In this document: positions 1 through 9,272 of the stretch, piece after piece | How positions within the stretch are numbered: position 1 is the stretch's first letter | How the letters are laid out: each line of letters opens with the position of its first letter | DNA from: Pasteurella multocida | Lineage (GTDB): Bacteria; Pseudomonadota; Gammaproteobacteria; Enterobacterales; Pasteurellaceae | Direction: 5' to 3' | Assembly (NCBI RefSeq): GCF_900187275.1 | Contig: NZ_LT906458.1 | Span: forward strand, 120,001 to 152,000 | DNA: 32,000 nucleotides | Position numbers and translations under genes: made by a program | Notes under the pieces: generated by a model | Databases searched by the model: none | Seen by the model: only the letters and a program-made list of their open reading frames with translations | What the model was told of the DNA's origin: nothing

Positions 1-1
1 T

Positions 2-496
2 GGTAATCATGGACCTACCTATTATGAACGTTATACGCCCGAATATCGCCAATTTGTGCCAACCTGTGATACTAACCAAATCAATCGCTGTTCAAAACAA
101 CAACTGGTGAATACTTATGACAATGGGATTTTGTATGTAGACCAATTTATTGATCAAGTGATCAGCAAGCTAGAGCAGCGCCAACACTTACAGAGTGCTG
201 TGATTTACGTGTCTGATCATGGCGAATCCTTAGGGGAAAAAGGTGTTTATTTACATGCCGCGCCCTATGTGATTGCCCCAACAGAGCAGACACATATTCC
301 GATGATCATGTGGTTTTCACCACGTTGGAAAGCCTCACAACAAGTGGATTTAACTTGTTTACGCCAAAAAGCGAAAGAAGAAGCCTATTCGCATGATCAC
401 TTTTTTAGTACCGTGTTTGGTTTGATGCAGATGTCGGAGGAGAGTGAAACTTACCAACAAGACATGGATATTTTACGTCGTTGTCGCACACGCTAG
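2..496 (+). CDS. Phosphoethanolamine transferase (EptA/Lpt sulfatase family), C-terminal part; the 5' end lies outside the window
   Basis: The frame is open from base 2 (GNHGPTYYERYTPEYRQF...) into the listed ORF. It carries VSDHGESLGEKGVYLH and paired Cys residues typical of lipid A/LOS pEtN transferases. Confidence 0.8.
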   Translation, partial: GNHGPTYYERYTPEYRQFVPTCDTNQINRCSKQQLVNTYDNGILYVDQFIDQVISKLEQRQHLQSAVIYVSDHGESLGEKGVYLHAAPYVIAPTEQTHIPMIMWFSPRWKASQQVDLTCLRQKAKEEAYSHDHFFSTVFGLMQMSEESETYQQDMDILRRCRTR

Positions 497-511
497 TATA
501 GGACATTGAAT

Positions 512-539
512 AAAAGCCAAGCAAAGCTTGGCTTTTTTA
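512..539 (+). terminator. Rho-independent terminator after the pEtN transferase gene
   Basis: Stem AGCCAAGC / GCTTGGCT followed by a T6 run, 16 nt after the TAG stop. Confidence 0.8.
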
Positions 540-638
540 CTGGCTTTTTATACAGACTTTCATTGGAAATGCCGTCGATTTAGGCTAAACTATCGCTCAT
601 CTTTTTTGACTTATTTTATCTAACTACACACCGCTGTT

Positions 639-3600
639 ATGACAACCACATATTTCGATTTCACGATTCCTACACAAGCTAATGATCATAAAATTCTGGG
701 TAATGTTCTGATGGGCGCAGATTGCCTTGCGATAAGCCAAATTGCGCAGCAATATTCAGGTCTGACCGTAGTTGTCACAGCGGATACGCGAAGTGCGGTA
801 CGTTTAGAGAAAGTATTGGCACAATTTAGTTCATTACCCGTGACTTTTTTTCCAGATTGGGAAACATTACCTTACGATGCATTTTCGCCACACCAAGATA
901 TTATTTCTTCTCGTTTAAGTGTGCTATCTCAATTACAGCATTGTCAAAAAGGGATTGTCATTTTACCCATTAGCACTTTAATGCAGCATTTATGCCCGCC
1001 GACATTTTTACATCATAATCTGCTGTTAGTGAAAAAGGGTGATGGCTTACAGATTAATAAACTGCGTTTGCAGTTAGAAAGTGCGGGTTATCGTGCGGTA
1101 GAACAAGTGTTAGAGCATGGGGAATATGCGGTGCGTGGGGCATTATTAGATTTATTCCCAATGGGGAGTGCGGTGCCTTTCCGTTTAGATTTTTTTGATG
1201 ATGAAATTGACTCGATCCGCACTTTTGATGTGGATACACAACGTACCCTCGAAGAAATTCAAGCCATTAATTTATTGCCCGCGCATGAATTTCCAACTGA
1301 TGAGAAAGGCATTGAATTTTTCCGTACGCAATTTCGTGAAACTTTTGGTGAAATTCGTCGTGATCCGGAACATATCTACCAGCAAGTGAGTAAAGGTACT
1401 TTAATTTCAGGTATTGAATATTGGCAGCCTTTATTTTTTGAACAGATGGCAAGTCTATTTGATTACTTACCAAAGAATACTTTGTGGTTAGATGTAGGCG
1501 ATATCCAAGAGCAGGGAACGCGTTTTTATCAAGATGCTGAGCAACGCTATGAAAGTCGAAAAGTAGATCCTATGCGCCCGCTTTTACCGCCTGATCGTTT
1601 ATGGTTACGTCTCGAAGAGATTAATCGGATATTAAAGCAATATCCAAGAATCAGTTTCAAACTGGATAAAGTTCGTTCATCGGCACGTCAAAAGAACCTT
1701 GCCGTACAACCTTTACCTGCACTCGCTATTCAATCGCAACACAAAGAACCATTACAGCAATTACGTCAATTTAGTGAGCAATTTAAGGGCAAGATTGTGT
1801 TTTCGGTGGAAAGCGAAGGGCGCCGTGAAACCTTATTGGATTTACTCTCGCCACTCAAAATAAAACCACAAAAATTAACCGCACTTTCCAATATCAGTGA
1901 GAAGTTTAATGTCTTAATAAGTGGATTAGAAAACGGCTTTATTATTGATAAGGATCAGCCAGTTGCGGTGATGACGGAAACCGAGTTGCTTGGTGAGCGA
2001 GTACAGCAGCGCAGTCGAGATAAACGTAAATCAGTTAATCCTGATACTCTAATTCGTAATCTCGCGGAACTCAAAATTGGGCAGCCTGTAGTGCATTTAG
2101 ATCATGGTGTAGGGCGTTATGCGGGATTAGTGACGCTCGAAAATGGAGGCATTACGGCCGAATATTTGCTGTTAAATTATGCTAATGAATCTAAATTATA
2201 TGTCCCCGTATCCTCCTTGCATCTGATTAGTCGCTATGTGGGTGGTTCTGATGAAACGGCACCATTACATAAATTAGGGAGTGATGCATGGGTACGTGCA
2301 CGTCAAAAAGCCGCGGAAAAAATTCGTGATGTGGCGGCGGAATTGTTGGATGTGTATGCCCAACGCGAAGCTCAAAAAGGCTTTGCTTTCCATTATGATC
2401 GTGAAGCGTTTCAACAATTTGCAGCGACTTTCCCGTTTGAAGAAACGGTAGATCAAGAAATGGCGATTAACGCGGTGATTGCAGATATGTGCCAAGCAAA
2501 AGCCATGGACCGTTTAGTTTGTGGTGATGTGGGCTTTGGAAAAACAGAAGTCGCGATGCGTGCGGCATTTTTGGCGGTAATGAATCATAAGCAAGTGGCG
2601 GTATTGGTACCGACGACCTTATTGGCGCAACAACATTTTGAGAATTTTAAAGATCGTTTTGCCAATTTACCGATCAATGTGGAAGTGCTTTCACGTTTTA
2701 AAACAGCGAAAGAACAAAAAGTGGTCTTGCAGAATCTGGCGGAAGGGAAAGTCGATATTTTGATTGGCACGCATAAACTGATTCAATCGGATGTGCAATT
2801 TAAAGATTTGGGTTTACTTGTGATCGATGAGGAACATCGTTTTGGGGTGCGTCAAAAAGAGCGGATTAAACAGTTACGTGCCAATATTGATATTCTTACC
2901 TTAACCGCGACACCTATTCCACGAACCTTAAATATGGCGATGCACGGTATTCGGGACTTGTCGATTATTTCGACACCGCCAGCGCGCCGCCTGACGATCA
3001 AAACCTTTGTCAAACAAAGCGATGAATTAGTGATCCGTGAAGCGATTTTGCGTGAAATTTTGCGTGGTGGACAAGTGTATTATCTCCATAACGACGTGGC
3101 GAGTATTGAAAATTGTGCTGAAAAATTGCGTACACTGGTACCTGAGGCACGGGTGACCATTGGGCATGGTCAAATGCGTGAACGTGAGCTTGAACGGGTC
3201 ATGTCGGATTTTTATCATCAGCGTTTTAATGTGTTGGTGTGTTCCACCATTATTGAAACGGGGATTGATGTCCCTACCGCAAATACGATCATTATTGAGC
3301 GTGCGGATAACTTTGGTCTAGCCCAATTACATCAATTACGTGGTCGAGTGGGGCGCTCACATCACCAAGCGTATGCCTATTTATTAACCCCACCGATAAA
3401 AGCTATGACCAAAGATGCACAAAAACGTCTTGAGGCGTTAGAGAGCTTAGATAATTTAGGGGCGGGCTTTATTCTTGCTACTCACGATTTAGAAATTCGT
3501 GGTGCGGGGGAACTCCTTGGTTCTGAACAAAGTGGGCAAATTGAATCGATTGGCTTCTCTTTGTATATGGATTTATTGGAAAGTGCGGTGAATGCCTTAA

Positions 3601-4076
3601 AAGCTGGGCGTGAGCCGTCCCTAGAAGAACTCACTCAACAACAAGTCGAGATTGATTTACGTTTGCCTGCCTTGTTGCCAGAGGATTACTTGGGGGATGT
3701 AAATATTCGTTTATCTTTCTATAAACGGATTGCTGGGGCGGAGAATAAGCCGGAATTAGATGAGTTAAAAGTGGAGTTAATTGACCGTTTTGGTCGTTTA
3801 CCGGAAGCCACTACATCGCTATTCCGTATCGCAGAATTACGTCAGTTGGCGAAAAAGATTCAAATTCAGAAAATTGATGCGAATGCACAGGGTGGCTTCA
3901 TTGAGTTTGCCTCTAATGCGGATCTGGATCCAATGAAATTTTTACAATTAATTCAAACTGAACCAAGTGTGTATCGTTTTGATGGACCAACCAAATTCCG
4001 CTTTAGCAAAACCTTTGAGGGACATAAAGTGCGGTTGGATTTTGTTGAGAATCTCGTGAAAGGATTGATCCAGTAG
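639..4076 (+). CDS. mfd: Transcription-repair coupling factor Mfd
   Basis: 1145 aa. UvrB-homology N-terminus, CarD/RID region (GQPVVHLDHGVGRY), superfamily-2 helicase motifs (GDVGFGKTEVA, DEEHRFG, QLHQLRGRVGRS) and a TRG/C-terminal domain. Confidence 0.97.
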   Translation: MTTTYFDFTIPTQANDHKILGNVLMGADCLAISQIAQQYSGLTVVVTADTRSAVRLEKVLAQFSSLPVTFFPDWETLPYDAFSPHQDIISSRLSVLSQLQHCQKGIVILPISTLMQHLCPPTFLHHNLLLVKKGDGLQINKLRLQLESAGYRAVEQVLEHGEYAVRGALLDLFPMGSAVPFRLDFFDDEIDSIRTFDVDTQRTLEEIQAINLLPAHEFPTDEKGIEFFRTQFRETFGEIRRDPEHIYQQVSKGTLISGIEYWQPLFFEQMASLFDYLPKNTLWLDVGDIQEQGTRFYQDAEQRYESRKVDPMRPLLPPDRLWLRLEEINRILKQYPRISFKLDKVRSSARQKNLAVQPLPALAIQSQHKEPLQQLRQFSEQFKGKIVFSVESEGRRETLLDLLSPLKIKPQKLTALSNISEKFNVLISGLENGFIIDKDQPVAVMTETELLGERVQQRSRDKRKSVNPDTLIRNLAELKIGQPVVHLDHGVGRYAGLVTLENGGITAEYLLLNYANESKLYVPVSSLHLISRYVGGSDETAPLHKLGSDAWVRARQKAAEKIRDVAAELLDVYAQREAQKGFAFHYDREAFQQFAATFPFEETVDQEMAINAVIADMCQAKAMDRLVCGDVGFGKTEVAMRAAFLAVMNHKQVAVLVPTTLLAQQHFENFKDRFANLPINVEVLSRFKTAKEQKVVLQNLAEGKVDILIGTHKLIQSDVQFKDLGLLVIDEEHRFGVRQKERIKQLRANIDILTLTATPIPRTLNMAMHGIRDLSIISTPPARRLTIKTFVKQSDELVIREAILREILRGGQVYYLHNDVASIENCAEKLRTLVPEARVTIGHGQMRERELERVMSDFYHQRFNVLVCSTIIETGIDVPTANTIIIERADNFGLAQLHQLRGRVGRSHHQAYAYLLTPPIKAMTKDAQKRLEALESLDNLGAGFILATHDLEIRGAGELLGSEQSGQIESIGFSLYMDLLESAVNALKAGREPSLEELTQQQVEIDLRLPALLPEDYLGDVNIRLSFYKRIAGAENKPELDELKVELIDRFGRLPEATTSLFRIAELRQLAKKIQIQKIDANAQGGFIEFASNADLDPMKFLQLIQTEPSVYRFDGPTKFRFSKTFEGHKVRLDFVENLVKGLIQ
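791..799 (+). repeat. Uptake signal sequence core (Hin-type USS)
   Basis: Exact AAGTGCGGT, inside mfd. Confidence 0.8.
1878..1886 (-). repeat. Uptake signal sequence core (Hin-type USS)
   Basis: Exact ACCGCACTT (reverse orientation), inside mfd. Confidence 0.8.
3581..3589 (+). repeat. Uptake signal sequence core (Hin-type USS)
   Basis: Exact AAGTGCGGT, inside mfd. Confidence 0.8.
4027..4035 (+). repeat. Uptake signal sequence core (Hin-type USS)
   Basis: Exact AAGTGCGGT followed by a T-rich flank, inside mfd. Confidence 0.8.
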
Positions 4077-4127
4077 TGTGATGAGTTGTGTGGTGTTCGT
4101 CTCTTTTACGACGCTTCGATAGAAAAT

Positions 4128-4156
4128 AAAGGCGATTCTGAAAATCGCCTTTTTTG
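4128..4156. terminator. Bidirectional terminator between the convergent genes mfd and mglC
   Basis: Stem AGGCGATT / AATCGCCT with a 5-nt loop. An A-rich run sits upstream and T6 downstream, so both strands read as hairpin plus U-tract. Confidence 0.8.
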
Positions 4157-4176
4157 TGCTAGTGCGATACGCCTTT

Positions 4177-5187
4177 TTATTTTTTCTTCGCGTATTTGAG
4201 TGAGTCGATAGCCACCGCAAGAATGATGATGCTACCTTTGATGATATATTGCCAATATGGGTTAACACCGATATAGGTTAAGCCGTAGTTGATGACGGTA
4301 AAGATAATTACCCCAGTTACTACACCAATAACCGTACCCACACCACCGGCGAATGAAACGCCCCCTACTACACAGGCTGCAATCGCATCTAATTCATACA
4401 TGAAACCTAAGTTATTAGTGGCAGAACCGATACGACCGGCTTCTAACATTCCACCAAAACCGTAGAACATACCCGCGATCATATAGATAACCACTAAGTT
4501 ACGTGCGACGTTAACGCCAGATACACGAGCCGCTTCTGGGTTACCACCGATAGCAAAGATATTTTTACCAAAGCGCGTTTTATTCCACAATACCCACACT
4601 AAGAAGGTCGCAACAGCAGCATAAATCGTGATATAGGACAGTTTGAAGGAACCGAATTTAAAGAAACCTTGTGCAAACGTTGAGAAGGTTTCGTTAAAGC
4701 CTGCAATTGGCGATCCTCCTACCGCATCATAGTAAAGTGAGTTAATCCCATAAACGATAATCATGGTCCCCATGGTGGCAATAAATGGTGTTACGTTTAA
4801 GTAAGCAATAACTAAACCATTTACTAAACCGATGATTGCACCAATCGCACAAACAGTTAAAATTACAACCGGAATTGGGAGCTCAGGTAAATCCGGGAAA
4901 ACGCGGTTAAAGTTGTCCATGGCTTGTAACAAGGTCGCTGAAATAACCGCCGCTAAACCGACTTGGCGACCGGCAGATAAGTCTGTCCCTTGTGTGACAA
5001 GTAAGCCGGCTACACCCAGCGCGATGATTAAGCGTACGGAAGATTGCGTTAAAATGTTACTGAAGTTTCGTAAGTTCAAGAATGTTGGGTCTTGAACAAT
5101 GATGATCCCGAGTAAAATTAATAATACAAAGTAGATTGCATTTTGTTTAAAGAAATCAAGGGATTTATTTTGTTTTAATGCAGCCAT
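4177..5187 (-). CDS. mglC: Galactose/methyl-galactoside ABC transporter permease MglC
   Basis: 336 aa polytopic membrane protein. It is near-collinear with enterobacterial MglC as I recall it (e.g. GTDLSAGRQVGLAAV, NVTPFI, GRIGSATNNLGFMYELDAIAACVVGGVSF) and lies in the mglBAC order. Confidence 0.95.
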   Translation of the reverse strand: MAALKQNKSLDFFKQNAIYFVLLILLGIIIVQDPTFLNLRNFSNILTQSSVRLIIALGVAGLLVTQGTDLSAGRQVGLAAVISATLLQAMDNFNRVFPDLPELPIPVVILTVCAIGAIIGLVNGLVIAYLNVTPFIATMGTMIIVYGINSLYYDAVGGSPIAGFNETFSTFAQGFFKFGSFKLSYITIYAAVATFLVWVLWNKTRFGKNIFAIGGNPEAARVSGVNVARNLVVIYMIAGMFYGFGGMLEAGRIGSATNNLGFMYELDAIAACVVGGVSFAGGVGTVIGVVTGVIIFTVINYGLTYIGVNPYWQYIIKGSIIILAVAIDSLKYAKKK

Positions 5188-5211
5188 AATTTATTTCCTT
5201 AATTCTGTGTT

Positions 5212-6732
5212 TTATAAATATTTTGCAGCGAGCTGTAAAATTTCTTCTTGTGAGGTTTCAGCAGTATTCACGATACCTGCGACTTTACCGTTACTCATCA
5301 CAAGAATTCGGTCAGTAACCCCTAATAACTCTGGCATTTCAGATGAAATCATGATGATACCTTTATCTTTTTTGGCTAACTCCATAATCAGCTGATAAAT
5401 TTCATATTTCGCACCAATGTCGATACCACGTGTTGGTTCGTCTAACATCAAGATTTCAGGTTGGGTTAATAACCAACGACCAATGACCACTTTTTGTTGG
5501 TTACCACCAGATAATGAGCCAATATTGGTTTTGTGAGATGGCGTTTTCACATTCATGGAATCAATGACCCATTGCGTGTCGCTTTTCATTTTTGTGTTAC
5601 TCAATAAACCTAACTTGCTGATATAGGATTTCATGTTAGAAATTAATGAGTTAAACTCAATACTGAGATTCGCATAAATCCCTGTAGAGCGACGTTCTTC
5701 CGTGACCAAGGCAAAACCATTGTTAATGGCTTCGAACGCATTCCGGTTTTTCATTTCCTTATCGTGTAGTTTAATCACACCAGATTTACGTTCACGCACC
5801 CCGAAGATCGTTTCCACAATATCGGTACGTTTTGCCCCAACCAGTCCCGCAATGCCGAGCACTTCGCCTTTGCGTAATTCAAAACTAACATCTTGAATAG
5901 ATGGCTGATTAAGTGCGGTCAGATTTTCCACCGTTAAGATGGTTTCTTTTGGGGTATTGGTTTTTGGTGGGAAACGTTGCGTGAGTTCACGCCCAACCAT
6001 CATGGATACAATCTGATCCATTGTGGTGCCTTTAACAGCGACCGTATTGATCCATTTACCATCGCGTAAAATCGTAATTTCGTCACAAATTTTGAAGATT
6101 TCGTCCATTTTGTGCGAAATATAAATAATGCCACAGCCACGTTGTTTTAGCTTCGCGATAATTTTAAATAGGTGTTCAACTTCTTTTTCTGAAAGCGAAG
6201 AAGTCGGTTCGTCCATGATTACGATTTTGGCATTGTATGAAAAGGCCTTTGCGATCTCGATCATTTGCATTTGTGACACTGACAATTTGGCCACTTTTTC
6301 TTTTGGATCGATATCGATATCTAATTCTTCAAAAATCGCTTTGGTATCACGATACATTTTGCCGTGATCGACAAAGCCTGCTTTTAATGGATAACGTCCT
6401 AACCAAAGATTATCCATTACAGTACATTGTTTAACCAAGTTAAGTTCTTGGTGCACCATGGAAATCCCGTTCTCTAAGGCTTCTTTCGACGTTTTAAAGT
6501 TGACTGGCTTGCCTAAGAAAAGGATGTCACCTTCATCTTTACTGTAAATACCAAATAAGCATTTTAATAAGGTCGATTTGCCCGCCCCATTTTCGCCCAT
6601 TAAGGCATGGACAGAATGCGAGCGCACAGTTAGGTTTGCATTGTCTAACGCTTTAACACCGGGAAAGGATTTACAGACGTTGGTCATTGTGAGCAGTATT
6701 TCACTGTCTTGATTTGGAATTTGAGTTGTCAT
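5212..6732 (-). CDS. mglA: Galactose/methyl-galactoside ABC transporter ATP-binding protein MglA
   Basis: Duplicated ABC ATPase with Walker [10 protein letters not shown] and signature LSGGNQQK. I place the start at the ATG at 6732, preceded by GAGG. The listed ORF starts 12 nt earlier at a GTG immediately 3' of the upstream stem-loop U-tract. Confidence 0.95.
   Translation of the reverse strand: MTTQIPNQDSEILLTMTNVCKSFPGVKALDNANLTVRSHSVHALMGENGAGKSTLLKCLFGIYSKDEGDILFLGKPVNFKTSKEALENGISMVHQELNLVKQCTVMDNLWLGRYPLKAGFVDHGKMYRDTKAIFEELDIDIDPKEKVAKLSVSQMQMIEIAKAFSYNAKIVIMDEPTSSLSEKEVEHLFKIIAKLKQRGCGIIYISHKMDEIFKICDEITILRDGKWINTVAVKGTTMDQIVSMMVGRELTQRFPPKTNTPKETILTVENLTALNQPSIQDVSFELRKGEVLGIAGLVGAKRTDIVETIFGVRERKSGVIKLHDKEMKNRNAFEAINNGFALVTEERRSTGIYANLSIEFNSLISNMKSYISKLGLLSNTKMKSDTQWVIDSMNVKTPSHKTNIGSLSGGNQQKVVIGRWLLTQPEILMLDEPTRGIDIGAKYEIYQLIMELAKKDKGIIMISSEMPELLGVTDRILVMSNGKVAGIVNTAETSQEEILQLAAKYL
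5911..5919 (+). repeat. Uptake signal sequence core (Hin-type USS)
   Basis: Exact AAGTGCGGT, inside mglA (opposite strand). Confidence 0.8.
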
Positions 6733-6744
6733 ATCCAACCTCAC

Positions 6745-6772
6745 ATAAAAAGGGGGAGGGTATACCTCCCCG
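6745..6772 (-). terminator. Intercistronic GC-rich stem-loop with U-tract between mglB and mglA (attenuator or stabiliser)
   Basis: The minus strand reads GGGGAGG-tatac-CCTCCCC followed by CTTTTTA. It sits 33 nt after the mglB stop and 13 nt before the mglA ATG. Confidence 0.55.
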
Positions 6773-6804
6773 AGAATTACAACTTCTTGTTTTGTTATAG
6801 TTTA

Positions 6805-7797
6805 TTATTTTAGGAACTCGTTTAAGTTATCCGCATCCACACCAACATAAGGGATACGTACTACACGATCTTTTAACTGCCATTTTGTGCCTTCAGTGGC
6901 AGGTTTTCCTTTTGCAAGATTATTACTTAATTGAACAACGGCTTTACCTTGGTTCACACCGTCATTTAACACCGTACCTGCAATTTCACCTTTTTTGATT
7001 AATTGGAGGACTTCTGGTAACGCATCTACACCGAAGATTGGTAATTTTTTACCATGTGCTTTCGTGGCTTCCAATGCCCCCATCGCCATACCATCGTTGT
7101 TAGCGATGATCACTTCAATTTGATTTGCTTTAGAGCTAGATAACCATGCATCCATTTTATCTTTCGCTAAAGCGGCATCCCACATCCCCGTGTCGATGAA
7201 TAATTGCTCAGTTTGAATGCCTTTATTATTTAATTCTTCAATGACGAATTTTGTACGAGCTTCTGCATCTGGGTGTCCTGGTTCACCTTTTAATAAAACG
7301 TATTGAATTTTACCGTCTTTATTTAAGTCATATGCAGGGTTAGCTTGCCAGTGTTTAGCAATCAATGAACCTTGAATTAAACCAGGCTCTTTTGGATCGG
7401 TACCCACATAGTATGCATGTTCATAGCTACCGATTGCTTTTGCACCAGGATCTTTATTAAAGAACACAACAGGAATATCATCAGGTTTTGCTTTACCGAT
7501 AATAGTTGGTGCTGCCGCTGGGTCAACGAGGTTAATGGCTAAGGCTTTAACGCCTTTAGAAATCAAACCATCCACTTGGTCATTTTGTACCGCTTGTGCG
7601 TTTTGTGAGTCGTTCATTAATAACTCAATATCTTTAAATTGCTCAGCTTCTTTATTGATTTCTTTACGCATGAGTGACATGAAGTTATCATCATATTTAT
7701 AAATGGTTACACCAATACGATCGGCGGCTTGCGCTGCTGAAGCGGCTACGCCTAGACCGACTGCTAAAGCAACAGCACTTAATACGGTTTTTTTCAT
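6805..7797 (-). CDS. mglB: Periplasmic galactose/glucose-binding protein MglB
   Basis: 330 aa. Signal peptide [24 protein letters not shown], then [17 protein letters not shown] and the rest of a type I periplasmic sugar-binding fold. It is the first gene of mglBAC. Confidence 0.95.
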   Translation of the reverse strand: MKKTVLSAVALAVGLGVAASAAQAADRIGVTIYKYDDNFMSLMRKEINKEAEQFKDIELLMNDSQNAQAVQNDQVDGLISKGVKALAINLVDPAAAPTIIGKAKPDDIPVVFFNKDPGAKAIGSYEHAYYVGTDPKEPGLIQGSLIAKHWQANPAYDLNKDGKIQYVLLKGEPGHPDAEARTKFVIEELNNKGIQTEQLFIDTGMWDAALAKDKMDAWLSSSKANQIEVIIANNDGMAMGALEATKAHGKKLPIFGVDALPEVLQLIKKGEIAGTVLNDGVNQGKAVVQLSNNLAKGKPATEGTKWQLKDRVVRIPYVGVDADNLNEFLK

Positions 7798-7875
7798 AAT
7801 AACTCTCCTATTTAGAACGAATAGATTTTGTTATCTTTTTGCGTTTAACCCACTTTGCCTAGATAACTGGGGTGA

Positions 7876-7881
7876 ATCATA
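7876..7881 (-). promoter_or_regulatory. Candidate -10 hexamer (TATGAT) of the mglB promoter
   Basis: It lies 21 nt downstream of the CRP site. That would centre CRP near -41.5, a class II arrangement. No good -35 is present, as expected for an activator-dependent promoter. Confidence 0.4.
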
Positions 7882-7902
7882 CTGGAAAATATTTTCTAAG
7901 AC

Positions 7903-7918
7903 TGTGATCTCACTCACA
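7903..7918. promoter_or_regulatory. CRP binding site upstream of mglB
   Basis: TGTGATCTCACTCACA is a perfect match to both TGTGA-N6-TCACA half-sites. Confidence 0.75.
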
Positions 7919-7921
7919 TTT

Positions 7922-7937
7922 GTGAAAACGATTACAA
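7922..7937. promoter_or_regulatory. GalR/GalS-type operator (O1) adjacent to the mglB CRP site
   Basis: GTGAAAACGATTACAA is a 16-bp dyad centred on CG. It resembles the E. coli gal operators (GTGnAAnCGnTTnCAC) and shares the TGAAAACG core with three other sites in the gal/mgl intergenic regions. Confidence 0.65.
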
Positions 7938-7951
7938 TTGACTCATGAAAC

Positions 7952-7967
7952 TGTTACCTTGATCACA
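7952..7967. promoter_or_regulatory. Second, weaker CRP-like site
   Basis: TGTTACCTTGATCACA has one perfect and one 4/5 half-site. It overlaps the hairpin at 7957-7984. Confidence 0.3.
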
Positions 7968-7984
7968 CTTTCAAGGTGTTTTTT
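7957..7984 (+). terminator. Plus-strand terminator-like hairpin with no annotated plus-strand gene upstream
   Basis: CCTTGA-8 nt-TCAAGG followed by TGTTTTTT. The stem is only 6 bp. Confidence 0.3.
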
Positions 7985-7990
7985 ACTATA

Positions 7991-8038
7991 AAAAAAGAAA
8001 ACGTGGCTAAATTTGCACAAATTTAACCACGTTTTTTG
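7991..8038. terminator. Bidirectional terminator downstream of galR
   Basis: Long dyad AACGTGGCTAAATTTG / CAAATTTAACCACGTT with one mismatch, flanked by an A-run (AAAAAAGAAA) and T6. Confidence 0.75.
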
Positions 8039-8053
8039 TATTGTTAATGGAAA

Positions 8054-8069
8054 ATGTTTACGTTTTCAT
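8054..8069. promoter_or_regulatory. Candidate distal GalR-type operator (O2), 8 bp past the galR stop codon
   Basis: ATGTTTACGTTTTCAT (reverse complement ATGAAAACGTAAACAT) is centred on CG and contains TGAAAACG. Its centre is 132 bp from the O1 centre. The second half-site is weak. Confidence 0.35.
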
Positions 8070-8076
8070 CATTAGC

Positions 8077-9081
8077 TCATTGTGAATGCTGCTCGGTTGA
8101 GAAACGTCTAACTAATGTGGGATTAAATTGAATGTGTGAAGGTTTTTTCACATCTTGATCCACTAAGCTTAGCGCTAATTTTGCCGCATAATTCGCCATT
8201 AAATCGATGGGATAGCGGATTGTAGTGAGTTTAGGAATCAAATAACGTGCAATTGGCATATCATCAAAGCCGATGATCGAACATTGGGCTGGAACACGAA
8301 TGTTATTTTCATTTAATACAGAAATCGCACCGGCTGCCATAGAATCATTATAAGCGACCACCGCGGTGAGATCGGAATTGTAACTGAGTAGGTTAATCAT
8401 GGCTTCTTCTCCCCCTTCAAAATCGGGTGAGCTGTGCGTAATCGCATGTTCAATGACGGGGATATGGTATTGCTTTAACGCCGCCAGATAACCACGATGT
8501 CTTTCTATTTCATCCATAATATAATGGTTTGAACCAATATAGCCGATTTTTTTGTGCCCGAGCTTAATTAAGGTTTCTGTCGCGATAAAAGTCCCTTTTT
8601 CATTATCTAAGCTAACACAACGATGTTCATACCCTTGCACAACACGATTGATAATCACCATACCTGGCACTTTTTCTAAATATTGACATAGGACTCCATC
8701 ACTGAGTGCCTTTGCATGTACCACAAGACAGCTACAACGTTTGCGTAATAGTGTATCGATCGCTTCTTTTTCTTTTTCTGCATTATGATAGCCAATCCCA
8801 ATGATAATGGTTTTTTTGTATTCTTCTGCCACTTTATCGACAGCTTTCACTAAGATCGCGAAAAAGGCGTCGGTAACATCTGTTACCACCACTCCAATAG
8901 TATCGGTATTTTTCATGGCAAGTGCTTGTGCATTCGCATTGGGTTGGTAACCAAGCTTTTCGATGGCAGCTTGGACGGCGATGCGAGCTTTTTCACTCGC
9001 AGAAGGATGATTATTGAGTACGCGAGATACCGTAGCGACAGAAACACCCGCATGTTGTGCAACATCATGAATAGTAACCAT
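8077..9081 (-). CDS. galR: LacI-family galactose repressor (GalR/GalS)
   Basis: 334 aa. N-terminal HTH ([24 protein letters not shown]) followed by a periplasmic-binding-protein-like sugar domain. It lies between mglB and the divergent galT. Confidence 0.9.
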   Translation of the reverse strand: MVTIHDVAQHAGVSVATVSRVLNNHPSASEKARIAVQAAIEKLGYQPNANAQALAMKNTDTIGVVVTDVTDAFFAILVKAVDKVAEEYKKTIIIGIGYHNAEKEKEAIDTLLRKRCSCLVVHAKALSDGVLCQYLEKVPGMVIINRVVQGYEHRCVSLDNEKGTFIATETLIKLGHKKIGYIGSNHYIMDEIERHRGYLAALKQYHIPVIEHAITHSSPDFEGGEEAMINLLSYNSDLTAVVAYNDSMAAGAISVLNENNIRVPAQCSIIGFDDMPIARYLIPKLTTIRYPIDLMANYAAKLALSLVDQDVKKPSHIQFNPTLVRRFSTEQHSQ

Positions 9082-9141
9082 AACGAATATGACCTTTCCT
9101 GTGAGAAACCCTTGTTTTCATCCTATAAAATTTTGCTAGGT

Positions 9142-9157
9142 TTGAAAACGTTTAGCA
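9142..9157. promoter_or_regulatory. Candidate GalR-type operator (O3) on the galR side of the divergent region
   Basis: TTGAAAACGTTTAGCA is CG-centred with the TGAAAACG core. It lies about +15 from an inferred galR start site (-10 TATAAG at 9176-9171, minus strand). Confidence 0.4.
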
Positions 9158-9216
9158 CTAAATCTGACACCTTATACACAAAAAACAAAGTAAAATCGTA
9201 AGGGATTTCTTGATTT

Positions 9217-9232
9217 TGTGATCTAGTTAACA
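9217..9232. promoter_or_regulatory. CRP binding site in the galR/galT divergent region
   Basis: TGTGATCTAGTTAACA has one perfect half-site and one 4/5 half-site. It shares TGTGATCT with the mglB site. Confidence 0.7.
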
Positions 9233-9272
9233 GTTTATTTTTGATAATTTGGTATCTTATGCCAAAAATAAA

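Noticed and set aside
1054-1473. Short ORFs (61-68 aa) overlapping or antisense to mfd. Similar listed ORFs lie inside mglC, mglA, galT, corC, lnt, pepB, htpG, yffB, dapE, nudF, cpdA, wzc and wza.
   Set aside because: All are fully embedded in long, strongly supported genes. They have no SD or recognisable motifs and their composition looks like translated antisense sequence. I treat them as frame noise.
9190-9205. GTAAAATCGTAAGGGA, a possible additional gal operator half-site just upstream of the galT CRP site.
   Set aside because: Only one half resembles the operator (TAAAATCG) and the other half does not, so there is no dyad symmetry.
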